This document shows positions 16,961 to 25,735 of a stretch of DNA of 51,853 bases, piece by piece. A program made the position numbers and the translations under genes. Source of the DNA: a bacterium HR08 (GTDB lineage Bacteria > Acidobacteriota > Blastocatellia > HR10); NCBI GenBank assembly GCA_002898775.1, contig BEHK01000001.1:1-51853 (forward strand), read 5' to 3'. Each line of letters opens with the position of its first letter. Within the stretch, counting starts at the first letter, position 1. The notes under the pieces are model-generated. The model searched no databases and had not been told where the DNA came from. It worked only from the letters and a program-made list of their open reading frames with translations.

Positions 16961-17236
16961 TCATAAGGGGTCCTTTGCCGGCACGCTCGATTCCTCCGGC
17001 GGCGAAACCGGATGAACCTCATCGCCACCCGACCGACCGTCGGAGTCCACGCCCTCAAGCACGCGCGGTGACGGGCGTCGGTTCCAGTCCGGCGGCGTAG
17101 CCGGTTCATCCGAAAGAAGGGAGATCACAGAAGCTCGTCGCTGGTGACGCCACTTCATGATCATAGCCAGGATCACGACGGCGAGGGCAAAGCCCACAAA
17201 TCCCAGAGTGAGAAAGTCCGAATGGCTTGACATCAT
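16961..17236 (-). CDS. Small single-pass membrane protein, hypothetical
   Basis: The TM segment is FLTLGFVGFALAVVILAMIM. There is no recognisable domain. Confidence 0.35.
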   Translation of the reverse strand: MMSSHSDFLTLGFVGFALAVVILAMIMKWRHQRRASVISLLSDEPATPPDWNRRPSPRVLEGVDSDGRSGGDEVHPVSPPEESSVPAKDPL

Positions 17237-17508
17237 TTTCTCCCCCTTTTCTCCTCCCCCGACGACCCTTCCAGAAGCCGAAGCGCGATCGGGGGGAGGT
17301 CCTGTTCCTTTTCAAAGCGAGACCGTTCACTTCGTCGCCCATCCGGCTCATCCGCCCGATCCTCAGATGAAGGACGCGGCTGCCACATTGTTTCCTCTCG
17401 GCGCATGATCTCTCGTGCGATCTCGATGACGAATCGCCCGATGAGCAGGAGTCCAATCCCACCATAAAGCAGAACGAAGAGTATCAGGATGATGAACGGA
17501 AGCCTCAT
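17233..17508 (-). CDS. Small single-pass membrane protein, hypothetical
   Basis: The TM segment is LPFIILILFVLLYGGIGLLLIG. Its stop overlaps the downstream start by 4 nt. Confidence 0.35.
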   Translation of the reverse strand: MRLPFIILILFVLLYGGIGLLLIGRFVIEIAREIMRREETMWQPRPSSEDRADEPDGRRSERSRFEKEQDLPPIALRLLEGSSGEEKRGRK

Positions 17509-18021
17509 CTTTTCCCCTCATTTGTCCTCAGAAAGCCGAGCCGAGCGCGGGCCCGATGGCGCGATGCCTATGCCGAGAGGGCGGCCGGTCACGCGTTTCG
17601 CCGGAGGAGATCGTTCGGCCAAACCGATGCCAAGGAGAAGGCGCTTTCGCGGTTCCCATGAGGAGTCAAAGCGTTCGCGAGCCAGGGGCGCGGCTTTTCG
17701 GCCGGGAAAAGGACGGGCGATCGCCCATGGGGATGAGCCGACGAGGCGTTCGCGCACCGTGGGCGTGGGCCTTCGGCCAGGAGGCCAACCCCGCGCCACC
17801 CGGACTGGTTCGATCGCCCGCTTCGGATTCAAACGGTCCTCGTTCATTCCACTTCGGAATCTTAGCCGGAAGATCGGCGATTTCTGCGAAGGATTTCACA
17901 TTCTGCTCGCACAAGCGGTTGGGGCCGTACCGGACATCTCCATGGGGCGAAAGAAGGGCTTGAGCCTGGAGCAACTCCAGGGTTTATCCTAAAGCTGCAG
18001 GACCGAAGAAGAGAAAGGGCT

Positions 18022-18753
18022 ATGAAGAAGATCAGCCTCGATCACCTTCGCCCTCCGGATCGGGCGCGACTTGACGCGCTCGTCGGGCAAGTCGAACAGG
18101 CGGTGCCGATTCTTCGAGAGCGCAGTGTGCCCTTGAGCCCACAAGAGCGGCAAGTCTGGCAGGCCGTTTTACATAGGTTCGCTCAGTTCGGGCGGGCACC
18201 GACGGTCGGGGAGTTGTCCAGCGGCCGAACTGGCCTCTCACCAGAAGTCACTCACGCATGCTTGGAGCGATTAGCTGCGAAAGATGTCATCGTGCTCGAT
18301 GAGCGGTCAGGCGAAATTCTCGGCGCGTATCCCTTCTCTGCCCGTCCGACGCGCCATCGGGTGAGCTTTGACGCTCAGACCGTCTATGCCATGTGCGCCG
18401 TGGATGCTCTCGGCATCGCCGTAATGCTTGGCCGAGAGGTTCGAATCGAGTCGCGCTGTCCACTGTGCGGCGGAGCCATCAACGTGAAGGCAGACGCTGA
18501 AGGAATAACCCACTTGGAGCCGGCGTCGGCCGTGGTTTGGTTGGGTGAACCGAGGGCACGAGCGACTTGCTGCGCCGATTGGCTTTGCCCGGAGATCAAC
18601 TTCTTCTGTTCGGATGAACATGTGAATCAGTGGCGGCTGGGGCAAGCCGAAGCGAGCGGTTATACACTCATGCCTCTTGAGGCGCTCTACCTGGCCAGTC
18701 GCTTCTTTGCCGGTTTGCTTCAGCGGCATCCTGAAGAAGGAGGGAAGATATGA
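18022..18753 (+). CDS. merB: Organomercurial lyase MerB
   Basis: YAMCAVDALGIAVMLG matches YAWCALDTLIFPALIG, RCPLCGGAINV matches HCAATGAPVSL, and TCCADW...NFFCS matches FCCHVHFFAS of R831b MerB. Confidence 0.85.
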   Translation: MKKISLDHLRPPDRARLDALVGQVEQAVPILRERSVPLSPQERQVWQAVLHRFAQFGRAPTVGELSSGRTGLSPEVTHACLERLAAKDVIVLDERSGEILGAYPFSARPTRHRVSFDAQTVYAMCAVDALGIAVMLGREVRIESRCPLCGGAINVKADAEGITHLEPASAVVWLGEPRARATCCADWLCPEINFFCSDEHVNQWRLGQAEASGYTLMPLEALYLASRFFAGLLQRHPEEGGKI

Positions 18754-19262
18754 AAAGCGTCTCCTTGGTCATGCTCGGCATCCTCTGCATGCCCGTGTGC
18801 ACTTTGGCACAAACCTCGCCGCTCCACCTCAGGGTGGTCGGCGATGTGGAAGCGAACAAGGCACTCAAGATCCTTTGACCGAGCACGGTGAGCGGCATGC
18901 TCCAACGCCAGGCTGGCGTTGAAAAAGCGACCTACTCCCGTGACGGTGTAGTCGAAATTGAAGCGAAGACCGAAGCTCCGTTTGAAGTGAAGCGAATCCT
19001 TTCGGTGCTCAAAGACGAAATGGGTTTTGATCCGATTCGGGAGATCGAGGTCACGGTCGTTGGCCAGCTCAGCTCAACTTCGGCAGGATGGATCGTGAAA
19101 CCGAAAAATAGCGTCGAGGCGTTCGCCCTGGTCGAGAATGAAGAACTCCAGGGGCTCAAGGCAAGAGAGAACATCGAACACCAAGAGATCAGGCTGACAG
19201 GGAGGCTTCAGAAGCGAGCCGATGGTACGCTCGCCCTCAAAGTCGAGGCGGTGGAGAGGTGA
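18750..19262 (+). CDS. Secreted HMA-like protein, paralog of 7170-7733, with a single in-frame TGA (18876-18878) at the second metal-ligand position; candidate selenoprotein
   Basis: After a signal peptide it reads LRVVGDVEANKALKIL-U-PSTVSGMLQRQAGVEKATY. The U lies 13 residues before the conserved GV, exactly as the second U of the paralog does. The C-terminal half resembles the paralog. The ATG overlaps the merB stop (ATATGA). Confidence 0.6.
18903..18921 (+). promoter_or_regulatory. Candidate SECIS-like hairpin downstream of TGA 18876-18878
   Basis: CAACGCC-aggcu-GGCGUUG is a perfect 7-bp stem. The loop lies 32-36 nt after the UGA. Confidence 0.4.
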
Positions 19263-19266
19263 ACAG

Positions 19267-19500
19267 ATGAATTCTTGGAAAATCATCATTCCGGCTTTCA
19301 TCGCCTTGGCCATCTGCTGTCTCGGCCCGCGGCTCATCGCGCTCATCGGAGCCGGGCTGCTCTGGTTGGCAGCGCCGCTGGGAGAGTTCGGTTGGTTGAT
19401 TGTCCCGGGAGCGATTCTCCTGCTCGCGTTGGCGTGGCGAGAACGCCGAAGCCGACGGGCATGCTGTCGCGTGAAAAGTTCGAATCCAGATGAACCGTAG
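19267..19500 (+). CDS. merF: MerF-like two-helix mercury transporter
   Basis: The 77-aa product has a CC pair in TM1 (ALAICCLGP) and a C-terminal CC (RRACCRV), as MerF does. Confidence 0.6.
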   Translation: MNSWKIIIPAFIALAICCLGPRLIALIGAGLLWLAAPLGEFGWLIVPGAILLLALAWRERRSRRACCRVKSSNPDEP

Positions 19501-19511
19501 AAGCACCAACG

Positions 19512-20351
19512 ATGTTCGAGTATCTCACCGAGTACTGGTTTGCTTTCCCGGTCGTGGCGCTGGGCTGCACGATGACGATCATGGGTGGCGTCGGGGGCAA
19601 TGTCGTCTGCGGGCCGTTTTTCATGCTGGTGCTGAAATTGTCACCGGAAGCGGCAATTGGAACGGCGTTGGTCACCGAAGTCTTCAGTATGTCGAGCGGC
19701 GTCATCGGCTACGGACGGCGCAAGCTGATAGACTACAAACTGGCATTGTTTTTAGCCCTGGGAGCTGTGCCAGCGGCCATCGTCGGCTCATTGCTTTCTG
19801 TGCATGCGCCGGGGACTTTCCTGAAGATCATCTTCGGCGGAGCCATCATGATCATTGCTTGGCTGCTGTATCGCTCGCCGAACGAGACCGTCCTTGCCGC
19901 TCAAGAGGCGATCGTGAATCCTGGAGTGCCCGGCGTGCGCACGCGCATTGATCGTCAGGGCCGCGTCTCCTCGTACCGGGTGTGTCGGCGAGGACAACTC
20001 TTGGGCATCAGCGTGCTCGCCGGATTAGGGTCGGGGCTTGTCGCCATCGGTGGCGGCGAACTGAACACGCCGGCGATGGTGCTCCGTTGCAAAATTCCGG
20101 TTCGCATTGCGGCCGCGACGGCTGTGTTCACCATGGCCCTGACCGTCATGGCAGGTGCGAGCACGCACGTCCTTGTTGGTCGGCCCGTTTGGAACCCTGC
20201 TCTCTGGACCATCCCCGGAGCCATCCTCGGTGGGCAATTGGGGAGCTATCTGGCCAGCCGCATCGAATCGGAGGCGCTGAAGCGGTGGCTTTCGCTTCTC
20301 TTCGTGCTGGTCGGTATGGTGATGATCGCGGACGCCGTATTTCTGAAGTAG
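19512..20351 (+). CDS. TauE/SafE (TSUP, DUF81) family permease
   Basis: It is polytopic and contains MGGVGGNVVCGPFFMLVL and GGGELNTPAMV. Confidence 0.75.
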   Translation: MFEYLTEYWFAFPVVALGCTMTIMGGVGGNVVCGPFFMLVLKLSPEAAIGTALVTEVFSMSSGVIGYGRRKLIDYKLALFLALGAVPAAIVGSLLSVHAPGTFLKIIFGGAIMIIAWLLYRSPNETVLAAQEAIVNPGVPGVRTRIDRQGRVSSYRVCRRGQLLGISVLAGLGSGLVAIGGGELNTPAMVLRCKIPVRIAAATAVFTMALTVMAGASTHVLVGRPVWNPALWTIPGAILGGQLGSYLASRIESEALKRWLSLLFVLVGMVMIADAVFLK

Positions 20352-20393
20352 GAGCGACCCGCCGGGTCGCCCCTGCCCGGAGATCGTCAGCCG

Positions 20394-21083
20394 ATGGAAA
20401 AAATCGTCTCGCTTTTCGAGCACTACGGATACGTGGTCGTCTTCCTCGGCGTCTTCCTGGATACGGTCGGCCTCCCCTTTCCGGGCGAGATCGCTTTGTT
20501 CATCGCCGGAGCCCTCAGCTTCAGGGGGAGACTGAACCTTCTCGTGGTCATTTTCCTCGGAACGGTTGCCGCGATACTTGGTGACAGCCTGATGTTTCTC
20601 ATCGGTCGGATGGTGACCGAAGCCCGCGAGCAGCGCACGGTGGAACTCTATTGCCGGTGGACCGCGTGCACATTAGGATCAAGCTATTGTTATCAGCGGG
20701 CGCGCCGCTCTGTGGAACGATTTCGCGCTCGCGTGCTCCTGCTGGCCAAGTTTATTCTCGGCGCGCGACAATTCATCCCGCCGATAGCCGGGATGGCGCG
20801 GATGCGGCCGCTCCAGTTCATCGGCTGGGATGCCCTTGGCGTTCTCCTCTGGGTGGCAGTAGTGTCGTCCCTTGGGTATTGGTCGCGGAGTCATCTCGAA
20901 TCCGTCCTGGCCGGTTTCGAGCGGTTGAAATCCATCTTCTCGATAGCCATGGCCTCGGGTGTGATGGGGTACTTTTTCTGGAAGATTTATCGGCTTCAGC
21001 GGTTCGGCCCGCCGAAGGCCGATCAGAGGGTGATCGAAGCCGGTCGGCAGCATCCTTCGGATCTCAAGGAGTCGGCACGATGA
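20394..21083 (+). CDS. DedA-family membrane protein
   Basis: It contains YGYVVVFLGVFLDTVGLPFPGEIALFIAG. Confidence 0.8.
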   Translation: MEKIVSLFEHYGYVVVFLGVFLDTVGLPFPGEIALFIAGALSFRGRLNLLVVIFLGTVAAILGDSLMFLIGRMVTEAREQRTVELYCRWTACTLGSSYCYQRARRSVERFRARVLLLAKFILGARQFIPPIAGMARMRPLQFIGWDALGVLLWVAVVSSLGYWSRSHLESVLAGFERLKSIFSIAMASGVMGYFFWKIYRLQRFGPPKADQRVIEAGRQHPSDLKESAR

Positions 21084-23482
21084 ACGCAAAAGACGGCTGC
21101 GCCTTCGGCCAACCGGGAATTCCGCCTCGATGGACCTCAAGCTCGAAGGAGGGAGTGGGAACAGCTTACAGCACGTCCAGTCGCGTCTGGTTTACCATCT
21201 CACATGGCATCCTCAACGAGGTCTATTATCCGACGATTGACCGCCCGCAGATCAGAGACCTCGAGTTCCTCATCAGCGATGGTGAGACCTTCTTTCACGA
21301 AGAGAAGCGCCACCTCGTCCACCAGATCGAGTACATCGAGCGTCATACGCTGGGCTATCGCATCACGAGCACCGACCCGCAGGGGCGATATCGGATCATC
21401 AAAGAGATCATCGCGGACCCTCATGCCCCTTGTGTGCTCATACACGCCAGGATCGAAACGGCCGCGGAGTGGTCGGATCGCTTGCAGGTTTATGCGTTGC
21501 TTGCGCCACATCTGGAAGTGGGAGGTTGGGGCAACTCGGCTCGAAAGTTTCGCGTTGCGGGAAGCGATGTCCTCGTAGCTTGGAAAGGCCGGACCTATCT
21601 GGCTATGGGAACGAACGTAGGTTTCGCTAAGACATCCTGTGGATACGTGGGCGCAAGCGACGGCTGGCAAGATCTAAACGACAACTTTCAGATGGACTGG
21701 CAGTTCGAACGGGCTGAGGACGGGAATGTTGCCGTCATCGGACAGATCGCCCTGACCAAAGATAAGGAATTCACCTTAGGATTGGCCTTTGGAGACGGAC
21801 TGCACGCAGCGGTGACAACTCTGATTCAATCGTTAAGTGTGCCTTTTGCCGAACAGAGGGAGAAATATATCGAGCAATGGCATCGCGTCTGCTGCGATAT
21901 CCTTGATTTGGATGGGTACTCCTGCGACGGTGGGCGCCTGTATCGTATCAGCCACAGCTTGTTGCTGGCGCACGAGGATAAGACGTTCGCCGGGGCTCTG
22001 ATCGCCTCGGCGAGCATCCCGTGGGGAGACGCGAAGGGTGATGAGGATCTCGGCGGCTACCATCTGGTATGGACTCGTGACATGGTTCACAGTGCCACGG
22101 GGCTTTTAGCCTGTGGCGACGCGGTGACGCCACGTCGGGCGCTCATCTATCTGGCCTGCTCGCAGCGCGCCGACGGAGGCTTTCCGCAAAACTTCTGGCT
22201 CGATGGAACGCCGTACTGGAACGGCATCCAGCTTGACGAGGTGGCCTTCCCCGTGATGTTGGCCTGGCGGTTGTGGAAGGCCGATGCGCTGGGTGAGTTC
22301 GACCCTTATCCGATGGTCCGGGCAGCCGCCGCGTACTTGATTCGCCAAGGTCCGGCGACGCAGCAAGAGCGCTGGGAGGAAAACAGCGGATATTCGCCCT
22401 CGACGCTCGCCGCGACCATTGCCGCGCTGATCTGCGCCGCAGACTTCGCCCGCTCGCGCGATCACCGGGAAGCGGCTCTTTTCCTCGAAGAGTATGCTGA
22501 CTTCTTGGAATCACACGTCGAGCGCTGGACGGTGACGACACAAGGGAGTTTGGTACAAGGGATCTCAAGGCATTACATTCGTATTCTTCCCACGGACATT
22601 AATGACCCTGCGCCGGAGGAGGACCCGAATCGCGGCGTGCTTCAGATTCGCAACAGACCTCCGGGCGAAAAGTGGGAGTTTCCGGCAAAAGATATCGTTG
22701 ATGCGGGCTTCTTGGAATTAGTCCGTTACGGCATACGTAAACCGGGAGACCCGCTCATCGAAGACTCGCTCGAAGTTGTGGACGCTGTGCTCAAGGTGGA
22801 TACGCCCTTTGGTCCCTGCTGGCGCCGCTACAACTACGATGGATACGGGACGCGTCCGGACGGCGGCCCGTTTGAGGGATGGGGAAAGGGGCGAGCGTGG
22901 CCGCTTCTTACCGGTGAGCGAGGTCACTATGAGCTTGCTGCTGGCCGCGATGTGAGACCGTATATCCGGGCGATGGAGTGCTTCGCTTCCAGAGGGGGCA
23001 TGCTTCCTGAGCAAGTGTGGGACGAGCCGGACCGGCCTGATCTGGGCCTGTACCTGGGCCGGCCGGCAGGTTCGGCAATGCCTCTGATGTGGGCGCATGC
23101 GGAATACATCAAGCTGCTCAGATCGGCCGCCGACGGCCAGGTGTTCGATCTGATTCCAGTTGTGGCCGAGCGTTATCTTGCTGGGCGTGGACGCAAGGAC
23201 CTTGAGGTGTGGAAACCAAACCGCCAAGTGCGGCGAGTCGTGCCAGGGCAGGTGTTGCGCGTTCAAGCGCCGGCGCCCTTTCGGCTCCGGTGGACGGCGA
23301 ACGAATGGCAGAGTTTCCAGGATACGATGTCGCTCTCCAGCAGCCTGGGCATCTTCTTCGTGGATATCCCTGTGGCTGAAGGACAGCGTGCGCCCATCCG
23401 ATTCGCATTCTTCTGGACCGACAGGGAGCAATGGGAAGACCAAGAGTACCGAGTTGAAGTCGAAGAGAAAGCCAGGTCATGA
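21080..23482 (+). CDS. GH15 glucoamylase / glucodextranase-like glycoside hydrolase
   Basis: It contains PRWTSSSKEGVGTAYS, ILNEVYYPTIDRPQIRDLEF, YHLVWTRDMV and ERWEENSGYSPSTLA. ATG 21080 overlaps the DedA stop (ATGA). The track ORF from 20651 is a spurious N-terminal extension. Confidence 0.85.
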   Translation: MNAKDGCAFGQPGIPPRWTSSSKEGVGTAYSTSSRVWFTISHGILNEVYYPTIDRPQIRDLEFLISDGETFFHEEKRHLVHQIEYIERHTLGYRITSTDPQGRYRIIKEIIADPHAPCVLIHARIETAAEWSDRLQVYALLAPHLEVGGWGNSARKFRVAGSDVLVAWKGRTYLAMGTNVGFAKTSCGYVGASDGWQDLNDNFQMDWQFERAEDGNVAVIGQIALTKDKEFTLGLAFGDGLHAAVTTLIQSLSVPFAEQREKYIEQWHRVCCDILDLDGYSCDGGRLYRISHSLLLAHEDKTFAGALIASASIPWGDAKGDEDLGGYHLVWTRDMVHSATGLLACGDAVTPRRALIYLACSQRADGGFPQNFWLDGTPYWNGIQLDEVAFPVMLAWRLWKADALGEFDPYPMVRAAAAYLIRQGPATQQERWEENSGYSPSTLAATIAALICAADFARSRDHREAALFLEEYADFLESHVERWTVTTQGSLVQGISRHYIRILPTDINDPAPEEDPNRGVLQIRNRPPGEKWEFPAKDIVDAGFLELVRYGIRKPGDPLIEDSLEVVDAVLKVDTPFGPCWRRYNYDGYGTRPDGGPFEGWGKGRAWPLLTGERGHYELAAGRDVRPYIRAMECFASRGGMLPEQVWDEPDRPDLGLYLGRPAGSAMPLMWAHAEYIKLLRSAADGQVFDLIPVVAERYLAGRGRKDLEVWKPNRQVRRVVPGQVLRVQAPAPFRLRWTANEWQSFQDTMSLSSSLGIFFVDIPVAEGQRAPIRFAFFWTDREQWEDQEYRVEVEEKARS

Positions 23483-23535
23483 CTGTGTCACCGGTGTATG
23501 GCGCTCACTCAATCCTCGATAAGGAGGTACAGACG

Positions 23536-25200
23536 ATGACTGAGCGAACGCATGTCACTTTGCGCATTGAAGGGATGACCTGCGACGGTTGCGCCCGGCA
23601 TGTCACTGAGGCGCTCAAGAACGTCGCCGGGGTCATCGAAGTTCACGTGCCCGGCTGGCGGTCGGGACAGGCCACAGTCATCGCCGAAGCCGGCATTAGC
23701 GACGAGGCATTGATTCGTGCCGTCCGCGACGCGGGCTATCGCGCCCTGGTGCGCGAACGGCGACCGCTGGAAGGCGAGCGTCGAGCGCCGAAGCCAGAAA
23801 GGGCCGATTATGATCTCATGATCATCGGCGGCGGATCGGCGGGGTTTGCGGCTGCGATCAAAGGCGCAGAGTTGGGCGCGAACGTGGCCATTGTCGAGGG
23901 CGGCACCATCGGCGGCACGTGCGTCAACATCGGCTGCGTGCCTTCGAAGACGCTGATCAAGGCAGCCGAACTCTGCTACCGCTCCGCCTATCCCAAATTC
24001 GAAGGACTCACCGCTTGTCCGCCGCCGTCGGATTGGCGGCGAGTCGTCGAACAAAAAGATGAATTGGTGGCGGCCCTGCGTCAGGGCAAGTACATCAACG
24101 TGGTGGATGTGTATCCCAATATCACGCTCATTCGCGGCTGGGCCAGGCTCACGGGCGGTCGCCAAGTCTCGGTCAACGGCACGACCTATACGCCGGGGAA
24201 GATCATCATTGCAACCGGCTCGCGTCCGTGGGCGCCGCCGATTCCGGGGTTGAAAGAAGCGGGGTACTTGGACAGCACCGATGCTTTGAGTCTTCCGGCC
24301 TTGCCGCAATCGCTCCTGATCATCGGAGCCGGAGCCATCGGGCTTGAACTAGGGCAGCTCTTCAGCCGCTTCGGTGTGCGCGTGATGATCCTCGAGGCTG
24401 GCCCTCACGTCGCGGGGATGGAGGAACCGGAGATCGGAGAGGCGCTCACGCGGTACCTCGAAGAGGAGAAGATGCGCATCTGCACCGGGGTGACCATCCA
24501 TCGCGTCGAGCGGGTAGGGAACGAGTACCACGTCATGGCGACCATCAATGGACGCGAGGAGATCTGCGCGGCGGAGCAAGTGATGGTGGCGACCGGACGA
24601 CGGCCCAATACCGGGGGATTGGGATTGGAAGAGGCCGGAGTGCAGGTCGGCACGCGCGGGGAGATCCTGGTCAACGAGTATCTGCAAACGACCAATCCCG
24701 ACATCTACGCGGCGGGCGATTGTATCGGCGATCCGATGTATGTTTACGTGGCCGCTTATGCCGGTGGAATGGCGGCGGAGAATGCCCTGACCGGAGCGGG
24801 ACGGATTTACGATCTTTCAGCTCTGCCGCATGTCATCTTCACCGACCCGCAGGTGGCGAGCGTGGGCCTGACCGAAGCGCAGGCGCGGGAGAAAGGATTG
24901 AAGGTCAAAACGTCGGTCTTGCATCTGAAAGACGTGCCGCGGGCGCTGGCGGCTCGCGATACGCGGGGGCTCATCAAGCTCGTCGCCGAAGAGAGTACAG
25001 GCCGACTCCTTGGGGCACACGTTCTAGCCGATGAAGCGGGCGAGGTGATTCAAGAGGCAACGCTGGCCATTCGCTTCGGGCTGACGATCAAAGACATTGT
25101 CGAGACGTTCCACCCTTACTTGACGATGGTTGAAGGGCTGAAGTTGGCGGCGCTCGCGTTCGAACGAGACGTGGCCAAGCTCTCCTGCTGCGCCACCTGA
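23536..25200 (+). CDS. merA: Mercuric reductase MerA with N-terminal HMA domain
   Basis: It contains GMTCDGCA, the FAD motif IIGGGSAGFAAA, the redox site GGTCVNIGCVPSK and a C-terminal KLSCCAT. An AAGGAGG SD lies 8 nt before ATG 23536. Confidence 0.95.
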   Translation: MTERTHVTLRIEGMTCDGCARHVTEALKNVAGVIEVHVPGWRSGQATVIAEAGISDEALIRAVRDAGYRALVRERRPLEGERRAPKPERADYDLMIIGGGSAGFAAAIKGAELGANVAIVEGGTIGGTCVNIGCVPSKTLIKAAELCYRSAYPKFEGLTACPPPSDWRRVVEQKDELVAALRQGKYINVVDVYPNITLIRGWARLTGGRQVSVNGTTYTPGKIIIATGSRPWAPPIPGLKEAGYLDSTDALSLPALPQSLLIIGAGAIGLELGQLFSRFGVRVMILEAGPHVAGMEEPEIGEALTRYLEEEKMRICTGVTIHRVERVGNEYHVMATINGREEICAAEQVMVATGRRPNTGGLGLEEAGVQVGTRGEILVNEYLQTTNPDIYAAGDCIGDPMYVYVAAYAGGMAAENALTGAGRIYDLSALPHVIFTDPQVASVGLTEAQAREKGLKVKTSVLHLKDVPRALAARDTRGLIKLVAEESTGRLLGAHVLADEAGEVIQEATLAIRFGLTIKDIVETFHPYLTMVEGLKLAALAFERDVAKLSCCAT

Positions 25201-25372
25201 AGGGACTTTCGGAACGCTGCTGGGGGACGGGAGTGAGGCCTATCCTCCATCCGAAAAAGGGGCGAGGGATCAGGGGGTGAAGCCCAGAGGCAGGTCTCAT
25301 CCGGATTCCGGTCAAAGAGAGGGGGCTGACCGAATGTGAAGTCTTTCACAGACGGGGCCGCAGGATTGAGCT

Positions 25373-25666
25373 ATGCTGGTTGTTGGTATGCAACAGGAGG
25401 GGCCGAGAAAAGTCGCTCTCGGGCTCTGTGGCGGGGGAAGCAGAGGCGCGGTGGAGGTGGGGCTCTACCGCGCTCTGCTCGAGCTCGGCGTGCCGATTGA
25501 TGAAATCGTCGGCGTCTCGATCGGCGCCGTCAACGGAGCGGTCATGGCTGCCGGGATGCCGGTCCACCAACTCGTCGAGTTATGGCAGACGGTCACGTTC
25601 GCCGACCTGTTCGCTTTCAACCGGAAGTCGTTTCAGAACGACACCTTCCTGAGGTATTGGAATTGA
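25373..25666 (+). pseudogene. Truncated patatin-like phospholipase (N-terminal 97 aa only)
   Basis: It contains CGGGSRGAVEVG and GVSIGAVNG. It is about 72% identical over 71 aa (hand count) to the intact paralog at 33833 and then diverges and stops. Confidence 0.65.
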
Positions 25667-25735
25667 TTCGACCTTCTCGTTCTGAGGAAGGCGTCAGGAC
25701 TCATGACGATAAGACTCTGAACGGCGGAGGTTCAG

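Noticed and set aside
17489-17992. ORFs of 100-167 aa on both strands. Two minus-strand pieces (17666-17974 and 17518-17847) look like one frameshifted gene.
   Set aside because: I could not recognise any family, and the plus-strand ORF is Arg-rich antisense-like sequence. At best this is a decayed hypothetical gene, which is not enough support for a feature.
1270-19262. The alternative explanation that the in-frame TGAs reflect a reassigned genetic code (TGA as Trp or Gly).
   Set aside because: TGA terminates many well-supported genes in the same window, including merA, merR, DUF302 and GH15. In addition, the interrupted positions align with Cys, not Trp or Gly.
1270-19262. The alternative explanation that the split metal genes are ordinary pseudogenes.
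   Set aside because: All eight interruptions are TGA. Seven of them fall on conserved Cys positions (six genes). There are no frameshifts or other stops, and both halves keep family motifs. The genuine pseudogenes nearby look quite different. This explanation is not fully excluded for the cytochrome at 14169-15566.
20651-21079. An N-terminal extension of the glucoamylase ORF, which the track shows as 943 aa.
   Set aside because: It overlaps the DedA gene in another frame. The GH15 similarity begins right after ATG 21080, which overlaps the DedA stop.
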